Below, one piece after another: positions 1-12,900 of a stretch of 64,000 nt of DNA; within the stretch, counting starts at the first letter, position 1, and the number at the start of each line of letters is the position of its first letter. Origin of the DNA: an uncultured Bacteroidota bacterium (GTDB taxonomy: Bacteria > Bacteroidota > Bacteroidia > Bacteroidales > VadinHA17). The stretch is taken from positions 8,918 to 72,917 of the forward strand of contig CAIMVD010000375.1 of the NCBI GenBank assembly GCA_903844815.1, given 5' to 3'. Below the pieces are notes generated by a model that saw only the letters and a list, made by a program, of their open reading frames with translations, did not search any database and was not told the DNA's origin. The position numbers were made by a program, and so were the translations under genes.

Positions 1-896
1 ATAAAGTCGAAAGCATAACCAAAATAGAACCTGTCTACTTTAAGTCCTGCCATCACAATGATTGCATCGCTTGTCCTGTACGACACTCCCAGCCAATAGT
101 CGTTCCTGAAATATGTTCTCAGCGTAAGATCGGCCTGTATGGCCTTGAAAAACAGATCGGACGATTTAATAAGCGTCGAGGGTTCAAGCATCCATTCACT
201 GCTAAGAGGAATTCTATATCCTCCTGTAATAAAATAATGGCCTAGTTCCGCCCGTTTTGTTCCTGAAGTATCAGCAATTGTTATGGATCCCCTGGAAAGA
301 TTTGTCATTGCAAAGCCGGCATAGTACTTTGAAGCAGAAAGACTAACCCCGAAATTAAAATCGGGTATAAAAATTGATCTGTCGTAAGAATTCAGCACAT
401 CATCATTAGGATCGTATATAAGTCCCAGTGTGTTTACCGAAAACTGATAGGCAGTCAATGCAAGTCCGAATGAAAGATTTTTTATATCCTCTCCCCCTGA
501 ATTAAGCGGAATATGATAAGCGTAGGCGGCCTGAAAGCCCGTACGCTTCATTATACCGTTATTATCATTGAAAACATAACCTCCCATACCAACTTTTCCG
601 CCTTTTGTAGGTTTTACAAGTTTCCTTCGCACCGAAGTGGACTTTGAGATGTAGCTGTCCTTCAGTACCCTTGTCTGAAAACTTGCAGCATAAGTGGTTG
701 GTGCTCCTTCCAAACCCACCCATTGTTCCCTTACAGTCAGATTTATAGCGGTATAACCGTCGTGTCCGGCAAGGGATGGATTTATCAGAAACCCGTTCAT
801 AATATATTGACTGTACATCGGTACCTGCTGGGCCTGGGTTGTAATACATAACAGGCTCAGAACTACTGCCGGGAAAATTTTCTTTGAATATCTCAT
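1..896 (-). CDS. PorP/SprF family type IX secretion system membrane protein (3' end runs off the window)
   Basis: Absent from the ORF track because it has no in-window stop. Manual translation from the ATG at 896..894 gives MRYSKKIFPAVVLSLLCITTQAQQVPMYSQYIMNGFLINPSLAGHDGYTAINLTVREQWVGLEGAPTTY... This is a signal peptide followed by the Q.P.YSQY..N....NP(A/S).AG opening typical of PorP/SprF. It lies 23 bp downstream of a type B CTD cargo gene, as in sprB-sprF. Confidence 0.85.
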   Translation of the reverse strand, partial: MRYSKKIFPAVVLSLLCITTQAQQVPMYSQYIMNGFLINPSLAGHDGYTAINLTVREQWVGLEGAPTTYAASFQTRVLKDSYISKSTSVRRKLVKPTKGGKVGMGGYVFNDNNGIMKRTGFQAAYAYHIPLNSGGEDIKNLSFGLALTAYQFSVNTLGLIYDPNDDVLNSYDRSIFIPDFNFGVSLSASKYYAGFAMTNLSRGSITIADTSGTKRAELGHYFITGGYRIPLSSEWMLEPSTLIKSSDLFFKAIQADLTLRTYFRNDYWLGVSYRTSDAIIVMAGLKVDRFYFGYAFDF

Positions 897-919
897 ATTT
901 GATACTAATAATATGCTGT

Positions 920-3900
920 TTATTTCCTGATAATGCTTATGACCCCTGATTTCGGATCTGTTCCGTCGTGCAGGTAAAGTACATAGTGATAAGAGTCCGT
1001 GGCAAGCTGTTTTCCTTTATAGGTTCCATCCCATGGATCAGAAAGAAGATTCTTTGAAGTATAAACAAGTTCTCCCCACCTGTTGTATACAAAGACCTCA
1101 GCCTTCGGGAACAGATCAATATTCCTGATCTTCCAGGTATCATTGACCCCGTCGTTATTTGGAGTAATGACTTCGAGTACCTCGAGGCAATTCTGGGTGC
1201 CCGTTACTCCGACCTCTGCTACTGCCGATCCTGCACATCCGTTTTTATCGGTAACTACTGCACTGTAAGTTCCTTCACCAATTCCGGTTCTGGTAAGACC
1301 TGTTAAACCATCGGACCAGATTGCATTATAAGGTACAGTACCTCCGGTGACACTAAGGGTAATACTTCCGTCCTTGTCACCCGGACATGTTGCTGATTCT
1401 TCAGTATGAGAAACCGATATTGCATCAGGCTGCCCTATTGTAACGGAAATATTTGCAGTACAGAGTGATGCATCAGTAACTGTAACAGTATAGACTGAGG
1501 CTGCTAGCCCGGTGAATGTTCCATCCGCCTGTAAAGCTCCTCCGTTCACACTATAAGAATATGGTGATGCTCCTCCGCTTCCGGCAACAGTAACTGTCCC
1601 GTTGGACGAACCAAAACAGGCCGCATTTGCCTGAGAAGTGATCGATCCTGCAAGTTTTGCTGCCGGCTGGGTTACTGTAAGGTCAATTGTCGAGGTGCAA
1701 AGGTTCGAATCCTGAATAGTTACAGTATATACACCTGCTGAAAGTTTCGAGAATGTGGACGAAACCTGGTACTCACCGCCTCCTGTCCTGTATTTGTAAG
1801 GAGGCATTCCTCCTGCACCCTCAACAGTAATACTCCCTGTGGAACTCCCAAAGCAAAGTACATTGACCTGAGATACAAGGGCAACTGAAACAGCATTGTC
1901 CGGCTGAGATATATCAACAGTAACATCTGTAGCGCTGAAGACTGCATCCATAACTGTAATAACATACGATCCTGCGGCAAGACCGGAAAAAGTACCCGAC
2001 AACTGATAATTTCCCGTTCCAAGCTTATACTTGTAAGGAATTACTCCACCGCTTCCTGCTATGGTAACACTTCCTGTAGCTGTACCAAAGCACTGTGCTT
2101 CGTTCTTGGAAACAATAGCTGCAATCAGGGAAACATCAGGTTGTGTAATATTAACGTCAATCAACGAGGTACACAGATTGTTATCCTGAACAGTGATTGT
2201 ATAATTGCCCGCCTTGAGCGATCCAAAAACGCCCGATGACTGGTAGGCTTCACTGCCGATCTTATAAAGATATGCCGGAACTCCACCGGAACCGGAAACT
2301 GTAACGCTGCCATCATTATTCCCAAAGATCGACGCATTAGTCTGCGACACAATCGTTCCCGTCAGGAGAGCTGGTTCTGAAACAGTTATTGATGCAATCG
2401 AAACTTTACAGCTATTAGCATCGGTCACTGTTACACCGTAAACACCTGCCCTCAGACCGGTTTGATCACCTGCATCCGGAACGGTACCTGCACCGGTCCA
2501 AGTGTAAGTATAAGGAGTTGTCCCTCCGGTTAAAGTAATATCAATCGCGCCGGTAGCGAGTCCGTTGCAAAGTATATCGGTTTTGGTATAGGCAGCAACA
2601 GGATTCTGGTGGAAGATAACGTTCATCTCATCAACCGATGGTGTACAATATGAATTGCTGATTGTCCACCGGAGTGTATACAACACCCCGGTTGTTCCTG
2701 TAAACACCGAAGCCGGATTTAAAGGAGCGGTAATTGCCCCCCCTGATCCCGATACAATTGTCCATAAACCATTGCCCGTTACCGCAATATTGGCGGCTAG
2801 TGTTGCAGAAGTTATCCCGCACATTTCCGAACCGGTCTGATCAGGACCAGCATTAGCAACAGTGGTTGTTTCTCCGAATATTACATTAATATCCGCCGTT
2901 GATGCTGAACATGAACCGTTGCTGATTGTCCACCGCAGAAAATAGGACCCGTAGGCATCGGCAGTAAATGTAGAATTTCCGCTGACCGAAGAACTGAAAG
3001 TCCCTGTGCCACCACTAAAAATACTCCAGGTCCCTGTCCCACTGACTGGTGAATTGCCTCCAAGAGGCTCGCTGACCTTCGTTCCGCAGAAACTTAATGG
3101 AGTAGTATTAATAACCGCTGTGGTGGGTGTCTCATAATAATTTACGGCAACCTGGGCAGAACTTGCTGTACATGTGCCACTGCTAATAGTCCAACTGTAA
3201 ACATAAGCTCCATAAACTGAAGCGGTAGCCGTTGAAGAGCCTGAAGCAGGTTCACTGAAAACTGTTGTGCCGGGACCCGAAATCTTGCTCCAGGTTCCGG
3301 TTCCTGTGACAGGATTATTACCTCCTAATGATCCGCTAACCAGGGTTCCGCATTGATTTAAAACCGTTGCTGCTACACTTGCCGTGGTAGGCAGTTCATA
3401 GTAGTTGACCGTCACCTGAGCTGATGATGGAGAACAGGTTCCGCTGGTAATCGTCCATTCATAAACATACGTGCCGTATAATGAAGCAGTTGCAGTGGAC
3501 GCGCCTGAAACAGACGAACTATATATAGTTGTTCCCGGGCCTGATACCTGACTCCATGATCCGCTGCCTGCAACCGGAGTGTTACCCCCAAGTGAACCGG
3601 AGACAAGCGTGCCGCAATTATTAAGTAATGCACTTGTCACTGATGCCGTTGAAGGCGTTTCAGAATAATTAACAGTGACCTGGGAAGATGATGGGGAACA
3701 GGTACCATTTGTAATAGTCCATTGGTATACATATGTGCCATAAACTGTTGCGATGGCAGTTGAACTTCCTGAAGTTTGAGCGCTGAACGATGTCGTTCCC
3801 GGGCCTGAAACCTGACTCCACAAACCTGTACCCACAGAAGGATTATTGCCTCCAAGCGGTCCGCTGGAAAGTGTTCCGCAATAGTTAAGCGGAGAAACAG

Positions 3901-6900
3901 CAACCACTGAAGCTGTTGGTGAAGCAATAAACTCCATTGTAACCTGGGCGGAACCTGGTGTGCAGATTCCGTTTGAAATGGTCCACTGGTAAACATAGGT
4001 GCCATAGACTGAAGCTGTAGCTGTTGCTGTTCCAACAGAAGGCAGACTGAAAACTGTAGTTCCGGGGCCTGATACCTGAGTCCATAATCCCGATCCGGTG
4101 ACTGGCGAATTTCCTCCCAGAGAAGAACTGATGAGCGTTCCGCATGATGACAGGGATGAGAAAGCAACAGAAGCGGGTGTCGGAGTATCCGAATAATTAA
4201 CTGTAACCTCTGCTGTTCCGGGAACACAATCACCGGTAGTTATCGTCCACCTGTATATATAAGTCCCGTATTGTGATGCCGTGGCTGTTGAACTGCCCGA
4301 TGAAGGAGTACTGAATATTGTAGTTCCCGGTCCTGAAACCTGGCTCCATATTCCGGTTCCTGTAGCAGGTGTATTTCCTCCGAGAGAACCGCTGGTGAGT
4401 GTTGCACAGAAGTTGAGAGGAAAAACAGCAATAGTCGCATCAGTTGTTGCCGGATTAAATTCCACTGCCACTTCTGCATTCGTAGAAGTACATGTCCCGC
4501 CGGATACTGTCCACTGATAAACATAAGTACCATAAACTGTTGCTGTGGCTGTCGAAGAACCTGACGCGGGGTCACTGAACACGGTTGTCCCCGGCCCTGA
4601 TACCTGGCTCCACAATCCGGCTCCTGGTCCGGGCGAGTTGCCGCCAAGCGAAAGGCTCGTAAGCGTACCGCAGAAACTGAGAGTTGGATCTGCAACAGCT
4701 GCGGAAGGATAATAATTTACCGTCACATCAGATACAGATGGCGCACAGGTACTGTAAGTTACAGTCCACCTGAAAATATATGTCCCCGGCTGGGTCACTG
4801 TGGCAGTTGAATTGCCTGAAGCCTGATCGCTGAAAGATGAAGTACCGGGTCCTGAAACCTGGCTCCAGATTCCTGCTCCCATAGCAGGCGTATTTCCTCC
4901 CAACGGTCCGGATATCAGGACATTACAGTAATTTAAGGGGCTAACTGCAATTGTTGAAACCGGTGCAGCCGTAACAGTAACGGAAGTGAAGGCAGAAGCC
5001 GCCAGGCATCCGCCGGCTGCAGGTATGAAATATGTTACCACATATACCCCGGGAGTACTTGTTGACGGTGTGATATCTCCCGTCAACGGACTAACAGACA
5101 ATCCGGGATCTGAGGTAAAACTACCGCCGAAATAGGTTCCGGTACCGCTTATGTTTACATGCTGTATATTGCTGTCGGTTGAACAGAACGGAGATCCGGA
5201 ATATGATATTGTGACCGTCGGCGCAGAGGTAACCGTAAGAATAACACTGTTCGATTTACTGCAACCCGAAACCGTATTTGTTTCAACCAGGGTATAGGTA
5301 GTAGTTACCAAAGGCGACACTTCCGGATTCGATAGTGCTGAAGTGAAGCCTGCAGGCACTGAAGTCCATGAGTAGGTGCTTCCCGCAACAGCCGCCGTGC
5401 CCAGGGTTGCCGGAGATCCTGCACATACCGATCTGTCTGTACCGGCTGCAGCAGCAGGCAAAGTATTAACTGTAATGGCTATTGTTCTTGCAGCGCTTGT
5501 GCCACAGGCATTTGAAGCAGTTACTGAAAGAACCCCGCTTGTAGCGGCAGGTCCAAAATCAATAGTCACGGAATTTCCTGTACCATTAATAGTGTGCCCT
5601 GTCCCTGTGTAATTCCAGTTATAAGTGCTGCCTCCCACTGCAGGAACAGTATATACATTACCCGATGAACCCTGGCAAACCTGAGTCGGAGCCGACATGA
5701 AATTCGAAGGCATGGCCGCCTCAACCGGGAATGAAATAACTACATCGTCTGAAGAATTGCAGGTAACATTACTTATAGTCCAGCGAAGGGTATAGGATTT
5801 GCCAAGTATTCCCGTGAAGTAGGTGTTATACCTGGTATTGTCGATGAATGTGCCTCCGGGGCCACTGACCTTGGTCCAGAGTCCAGAATACGGAGCGGCG
5901 GAATTTCCTGAAAGGGTAAGGCCCGATACGCCGCAGATAGACCTGTCGGCACCTGCATTGGCTACTGTCGGTAATGCATAAGCATTAACTACCCTACTGT
6001 CAACTACTCCGGCATGTGTACCGTTATTATAGGCAAACCCTGTAAGCTTATAAGCTCCCGGAACAGGTGTTGGTAATATATACAAAGGCGAAGTCACTGT
6101 AATTTGAGCCTGAGGAACTCCGTCGATTGAATAATTGAGGGTATAATTCAGACTTATATCCATGAATGAAGTGAACGATACCGGAATTCCGGCTGTTCCG
6201 CATACAGGTTTTGGTGAGGTGAACGAAGCCCGTGCTTCCGGAATTGTCACAGTAGCTGTTGTGAAATTTGAAGGAGTACTTGAAATTGCTACTCCGGTGG
6301 TAGAGGATACATAACCATTATCCAGATCACCTGTTGCCAGAGAAGGAAGTTCGTTCCATGCTCCGGAAATAAACTCTGCCACTCTCATGTCGTCGAGACC
6401 GTTTGGAACCATAAGAGGTGTCAGGGCACTGAGAGGATCCCATCCGATTTTCACTCTGCCTGAAGCTGCAACAGGAGTACTGACGCTCCAGAATTCCTGG
6501 GTGTTCGAGGCCTTGAGAGGGGATGCAAGCAATTTTGCGGTCGGGTTCGGGATGAAACATTCAACTGTCCATGCCATGGTGCTTCCCGCCGATGAAATTA
6601 CCGAGAAATCATGACCCTTGATAATTCCGTTTCCAACCGGAAATACAAAACTGCCTCCATTAATAATGTTTTTTACCAATGGCCCGTCAACGAACGAATC
6701 CTCGCTACCGCCCGCCGGTAAAACTGCCGAGGAAGATGTACTTAACATAACCAGCCTGTTGGTTGCAGTTGTATGTATTATACCACTGGTTAACAGGAGT
6801 TGCCCGTTTACTTCCACGAATCCGTTGGTTCCGATATTCAATCCTGAAGGATTCTTTATCTCAAGGTTGTTTAACTTGTTTGTTCCCGAAAAATCACCCG

Positions 6901-9900
6901 TTGCACCTCCAATAACCTGAGTTGTTGTTCCTGCAAAAATGACAGTCGATGCCGGACTAAATCCCAATCCGCTGTTAAACTCACCTGTGTTATAACGCTC
7001 CATTGTTCCGAGTATTATCAGGCTGCTCCTGTTTACACTGTTGTCAAGCAAAGGCCCGTCTATTACAAGCCGTTTGCATACTGTCAGCAGCTTGTTGGGA
7101 AGTATTCTTGTTCCTGTTCCCGTAAACAAAATGTTGGGTACGCTGTTGAAAAGAGATTCAATTATTGTATACGTTCCTGATCCTCCGTATTCAATTGTTC
7201 CGTTACCAGAACAATCCGTGAAGGCAGAATAGTTACCACCCGGGAGATTTCCTCCTATCAGGTATATCGTTCCATCGCCGTCGACAACACCAAGGTTGTG
7301 ACTGAAATTCGAGGGGTCAACTACAAGCCTGTTATTAATAGTAGTTCCCAGTGAATAGATATTATTGATGTCTGTTGTAACTATATGATTAATTATAACA
7401 TTTGCGCCATTCGGGCCGCCGTCAGGGCAGGGAGGCGATGATCCGACAGGAATCCAAACTGTTTTATCCGACCAGTTGCCGTCTTTGATCGTAGTATAAG
7501 CAGGAACCTCTTCAGGTATTGCAGATCCCTTCCCGGCTGTATAATCACCGGTCAGGTTACTGACAGCTGAATTATTAAAGAGTATCTGGTGTGAAGTCTC
7601 ATTGACATTATCTGTTGCAGGTCCGGCAGGTGCTTCATACCAATAACTTCCCGGAAGGGCAAGTTTAGCGGCCACATAATCGGATTCAGTCCCTACTACA
7701 TCACCTGCCAGGTATTGCAACTGGATATCGCCATAGAATCCTGTTATGCCCGAACTTCTTATCTGCCAGTAATAGTTCAGTGCATTAAGCGGATCGGTTA
7801 TGCTTGAGTGCCTGCTATTTATTGGATTAACACCTATTGATCCTACTTCGTCACTTGCCAGAATATTGAAGCTGGCAGGTGTGTATTTACCTGATACGCC
7901 AATAGGGAAAACAAACGTCTGCGGCTCTGCTGTGAAGAATTTCACGAGGCCCAATCCGCTGATTACGCCATCGGACTTAATCATCTTCGAAACACTGAAT
8001 GGAGTACCTGTAATAAAACTCTTAGGACTGAGGGTCAATTGGAATTTGCCAATATCCAGAACGCCCAGGTTCATTGCCAGATCGCCCTGCAGACTTATGT
8101 CGCTGTTTACCCTTGCTCCGAATCCGTTATTTAGTTCAAGACGGCCAAATGCTCCCGAACCTGTTACCTGCTGCTGAGCAGAAGCACCGGAAAGGGATAT
8201 CCCGCTGCTTCCGGTATTAATATCGGTGCAGGAACCCTCATTTACCAGGTTGCCAAGGAGAGTTACCCTGTTCGAGCCAAGAACAAAGTTTCCCTGGCTG
8301 ACGGTAAGATTCCGGTTAACAGTGAAACTACCCTCCGTTGTCAGTGAATTGACCGGGGAGACGTTCAGATCAAAGAAGTTGGTTACCGAAGTTCCCTTTA
8401 TCGACTGGAATCCTCCGTTGAAAGTTGTAAGATTCGTACCGTAATTATATGATCCATAGTTTGTAAGATCCCCTTTGAGTGAGACATTCAGATTATTCGA
8501 ATTGAAGATACTGTTTATATTGCTCAGGGTAAGAGAACCATCGAGTACCAGAGGGCTAACCATCAGATTAACTGTAGCATCGCGTGTGGCAGCAGCTGTT
8601 TTACCAGTAATTGTAATATTATTCAGATTAATATTAGCATCGAGCGAATAGGTCTGAGGGGCATCAACTACAGCTTCACCTGCCGGAACGGGAGTGAAGA
8701 AAATTGTTCCTCCAGTGACCAGAGAGCTTGCAGGTCGCAGGTAAAGGTCACCGAAAGTTGTTCCTCCTCCCCTTACGATGGTTAGTGTACCTCCCGACAT
8801 ATTGAATGAGCTACCTGGGTTAAGTATTTCAAGCTTCGCCTTTGCAGGAAGATAATTATTACCGTTAATGATAACATTACCAGCCGACTGGATGTAGCTA
8901 AGAACTCCATTTGTGGTTGCTGCAGGCCTCCTGATCTGGCCGTTTACCATCAGTTTCCCTCCTCTTACTTCAATAGAAGAAGCGCCGCTACCGGTGTATT
9001 CAATGTCATTGTCATTGGCATTTGTACCTGATACCGCCCCGACATAAACGTTTCCGTTAACCAGGGTAAGCTTGCCTCCCAGGATCAGGTCGCCGTTATT
9101 ATTCGCCGAATTTCCTATCAGAATGTTTCTGTTGCCCGTATTGGACGGAAGATCGACATAGAGCCCTGCAGTTGCCGGAATTGTGAACGGAGTAATGGTT
9201 GATATTGTAAAATCCGTGCCAGGATTGACTCTCGTATACTTCAGTGTACCATTTTGAAGGGTCAGCCAGTTGTCAGCAGGAGTTGTAATTACACCAGACA
9301 TGTCAATAGTAAGAGTTGATGCCTGAGATGATCCCTTGTTAACGGTCAGCTTACTGAAGATGATAGAAGGATTGCCTCCGGTATTTGTAACAGAGGCGTT
9401 ATTCGGCCCGAAGAATGTTACCGGGATTACAGAGAAATCGCACTGCGCAATTATCTGATAGGCTGGAGGATTCAACAAACCATTCGAATTATTTATCAGA
9501 CTTCCGCCAATTGAGATCTGCTGATTAAAGGAATTGGAATTAAAAGTTCCTATTCCGGAGAAGGTCCCTACTACAAGGTTACCAAATACAACTATATCCT
9601 CGGCAAGAGTACCATTTCCTACCCAGATTAGCGAACCGCCCTGCATCAGAAGGTCTCCTTTTATTGTAATTGTTTTTGCAATAACTGTGCTCGGTATTGT
9701 AGGATAGTCATTTTCCCAGGTAGGACAGAACCAGGAGTCTGTATTCTGGCCCCTGATAACGAGGTTACCATAAATAGTAAGATTATGATTGGGGAAAATA
9801 ATGTTTGATCCTCCCAATGGAGAAAGAATCAGATTACCATAAGTCATTACCCCGTTCGGCAGCCAGTAGGTTGTGCCGTACTCTGTATTAGTTGAATAAA

Positions 9901-12900
9901 GTTCTGTTGTACCCAGATTTATATTGAAATCAGAGAAGTCGCCTGAGGGGAACTGGAAAGTACTTCCTGTAGTCCACGAAGTAGCAACCCTGAAGTTCCC
10001 GTTTCCGTTTGGATGAGTGAGTACCATTCCAAAGTTTGAACCCGGGTTAAAACCTGCATCCAGCACGGAACCTTTTTCAATCTGAAGGCTAGCACAACTG
10101 CGGGCATCGGTATTTGCTACTGTATTTGCAGTGGCAAGGTAGACAGAATCCCTTCCTCCTATTATCACAATATCGCTGGCACCCGGAATAGTTAAAGCAG
10201 CTGCTCCTGAATGTTTATTAACAGCATCGGTCGACCAGGTTGCAGGGCTGCTCCAAAGCCCGCTTCCCACTCCAGTGCCATTAATCCTGCTATAATAAAT
10301 TGAAGGTACCCCAAACGGACTTAGAGGGGTGTCGTCACCGGCAGTATAGTCGCCATCAATCACCAGAGAGTTTTCAAGAAATGTACCTGCACCCGGTTCG
10401 CCGATGATCTTATTTACCTCATCAACATCGTTAATGGTTCCTTTAGCCCAGGTATTGGTAGGAATATCAAACCTGGCTGCCACATATCCATCCTCGGTAA
10501 TGTTGGCACCTGTAACCACATTCGACTGGGAAAAAGTATAACCATGGGTTACTGTTGCCGTTCCAAGGCTGAAGCCTGAGGATTTTGTCCTCCAGAAATA
10601 GGTGAGCGATCTGCCTGGTTGTGTTACATTGGGATGTCCGAAATTTACAGGGATAACGGTTATTGAACCATAAGAAGCAGGTACTCCGTTAAGGCCAACC
10701 GAAGCAGGAGTGTAATTGACAACCCCAACAGGAAAATTGAATGCACCCGGAGCAGCATACACTTTGGTAAGTCCTCCGTCTCCCGTGTTTCCTGAAGTCT
10801 GAAGATATCTCGAGGCAAAGAGACCATTACTGCTTGCTATTGAAGCATCCTGGCTGAGTTTTAAATTAAAAGTTCCGATATTGAAAAGCTTATCGGTCAG
10901 AAATGTGAGTGCTCCGTTTAAGGTCATGTTTGCGGCCAGTGATACGGGAGCAGCACCTGCAGATGTATTGTTCAGATCAACATTTCCGAATGATCCTTCA
11001 CCGCTGATCTGCTGGGGTACTATGCCGTTTAAGGATATTTTTCCTGTTCCGCTGTGTATGCCGGAGTTAAAAACGTCTCTTAAAACATTTATAGTATTCC
11101 CGTTATCTTTCAGATTACCAAGCACAAGCCGGAAATTATCATTAACCGTTATTGTTTTCTGTGTCCCGGCAAATTCAAGGCTTTTTCCTGCCGGTTTGTC
11201 GATAGTAAATTTGTTAAGTGCAAGCGGGGCAGCAAGATTTACTGTAAAGATCTGATCGAGCTTACCGTTCAGAATAGTTGTATTGGTTCCTGTATTGTAA
11301 CTTGTCCCGGCTGCAATTGTAAAATTACCACCGACACTCAGGTCAAGGTTATTGCAGGTCAGCACACCTGATGTCAGGTTAAGGTTTTTGAGAACTATTA
11401 ATGGGTTAGTGCTGAGCTGAACGGTTCTTGTTCCGCTAAGCCTGCTGATCAGCAGGTTGCCAAGAGGAGAAGTACTGTTTACAAGGTAATCGCCATCGGT
11501 AGCAGGTACTGAACCTGTTACAGGAATAATCTCAATTGTACCACCTGTAACATTTATATTGGCAGCTGAAGATTTTACGTCGAAAGCTTTCTGTTCGCCG
11601 GCAGCCGATCCGCAGACATCAAATATGCGGATTGTTCCGCCTGACATTGCAAAAATATTTGTTGTATTTTCAAGGTTGAATGTCCCGAAAGCAGGATTTA
11701 CGCCATTGGCAGCACGAAGAGTATTAAGTGTGGCAATTGATATATCCCTCAGGCTTGGAATCGAACTATAATCCGTCGGCGTTCTCTGGAAACGTCCTCG
11801 AAGTACCAGCGTCCCGTCTGTTTGGGTGTACTGGGCTGCAGAACCTGAAGTCGAAAGGAATTGCTTGGTATCGATGGTTCCTCCGTCAACGAGAATCTGT
11901 CCCGATCCAACACTGGAGGTTATTATTCCTGCCGACTCGCGGGTTGAAAAATAGCCATCGATTATATGCAATTTCCCATATACTTCTATAGCACTGCTTC
12001 CTCCAAGGGTAATTCCCATTGAAGCATTATCAGGAGCTGTAACTGTGTAAGCGGTATTTACCTCCCTGAAATCGTCCGATGTAGAGAATACAATGGCATC
12101 TACCCCATTTAGCATAAGGGCTCCGTTTGAAGGAATATAGTAATCAGAATTTGGCGATCCTGCCGTAACTCCCTCCGAAAGTGAAGGAATAATGACCGAG
12201 CCTTCAAGAATCAGGCTCCCGGTGCGTATCCACAAGGCCTTCCTCAGGTTGGCATTACTGCCTGCTACTTCACCGGTCAGGGTATTTGCTCCAAACAGCC
12301 TGAAATTCTTATAGTCGGTTGAATAAACCGTAAGTTTGTAGGTCTGGTCAAGTCCCTTATCGAGAACAAGATTATAAAAATCAGTAATCCCGTTACAGGT
12401 TATCGTATTGTCAGTTTCACCCTGGAAGTACACTGATGCCGCCCCGGAGGTTGCACCGTTTAGCACAGGAGGGAAGGCACTATAAACAGGGTATTGAAGA
12501 TTTGTAAATCTAACTGTGCCGTTATTTGTAAAATCTCCTTTTATGATAACCGTATGAAAATAAGTGTAGTAGTTGATAAAAGGAGCCGTTCCTCCTGCAG
12601 TAACTCCTCCTATTGCAGGATTAGTAACTCCTGTTCCGACAGAAACGGAAGCACCTGCATCAACAGTAACTCCTCCGCTTATGGTAAGGCTGAGTTTCGC
12701 AGTTGAAGCATTGTCATTTATACGGAATGATCCCGATTTGACGTAGAGATCACCATTCAGCAAAAGGTTTCCAAGCTGTGTAGCAATAGCGGTATTTGTA
12801 TTGATTTTAAGATTATTATATACCGTTTGGCTCACAGGAAGTACAAACGCAGATGCGTTGTAATACTCGGTTGTGCCACCTCCCGGATTTATGAATGTAT

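Noticed and set aside
565-849. Track ORF of 94 aa on the minus strand at the window start
   Set aside because: It is out of frame with the manually translated PorP/SprF gene (ATG at 896), which has a signal peptide and family motifs. The 94-aa product has neither.
2609-4963. Regularly spaced DNA repeats that might suggest a CRISPR array
   Set aside because: The period is 264 bp, the whole unit is conserved rather than repeat plus unique spacer, and it is in frame inside a coding sequence. It encodes protein-domain tandem repeats.
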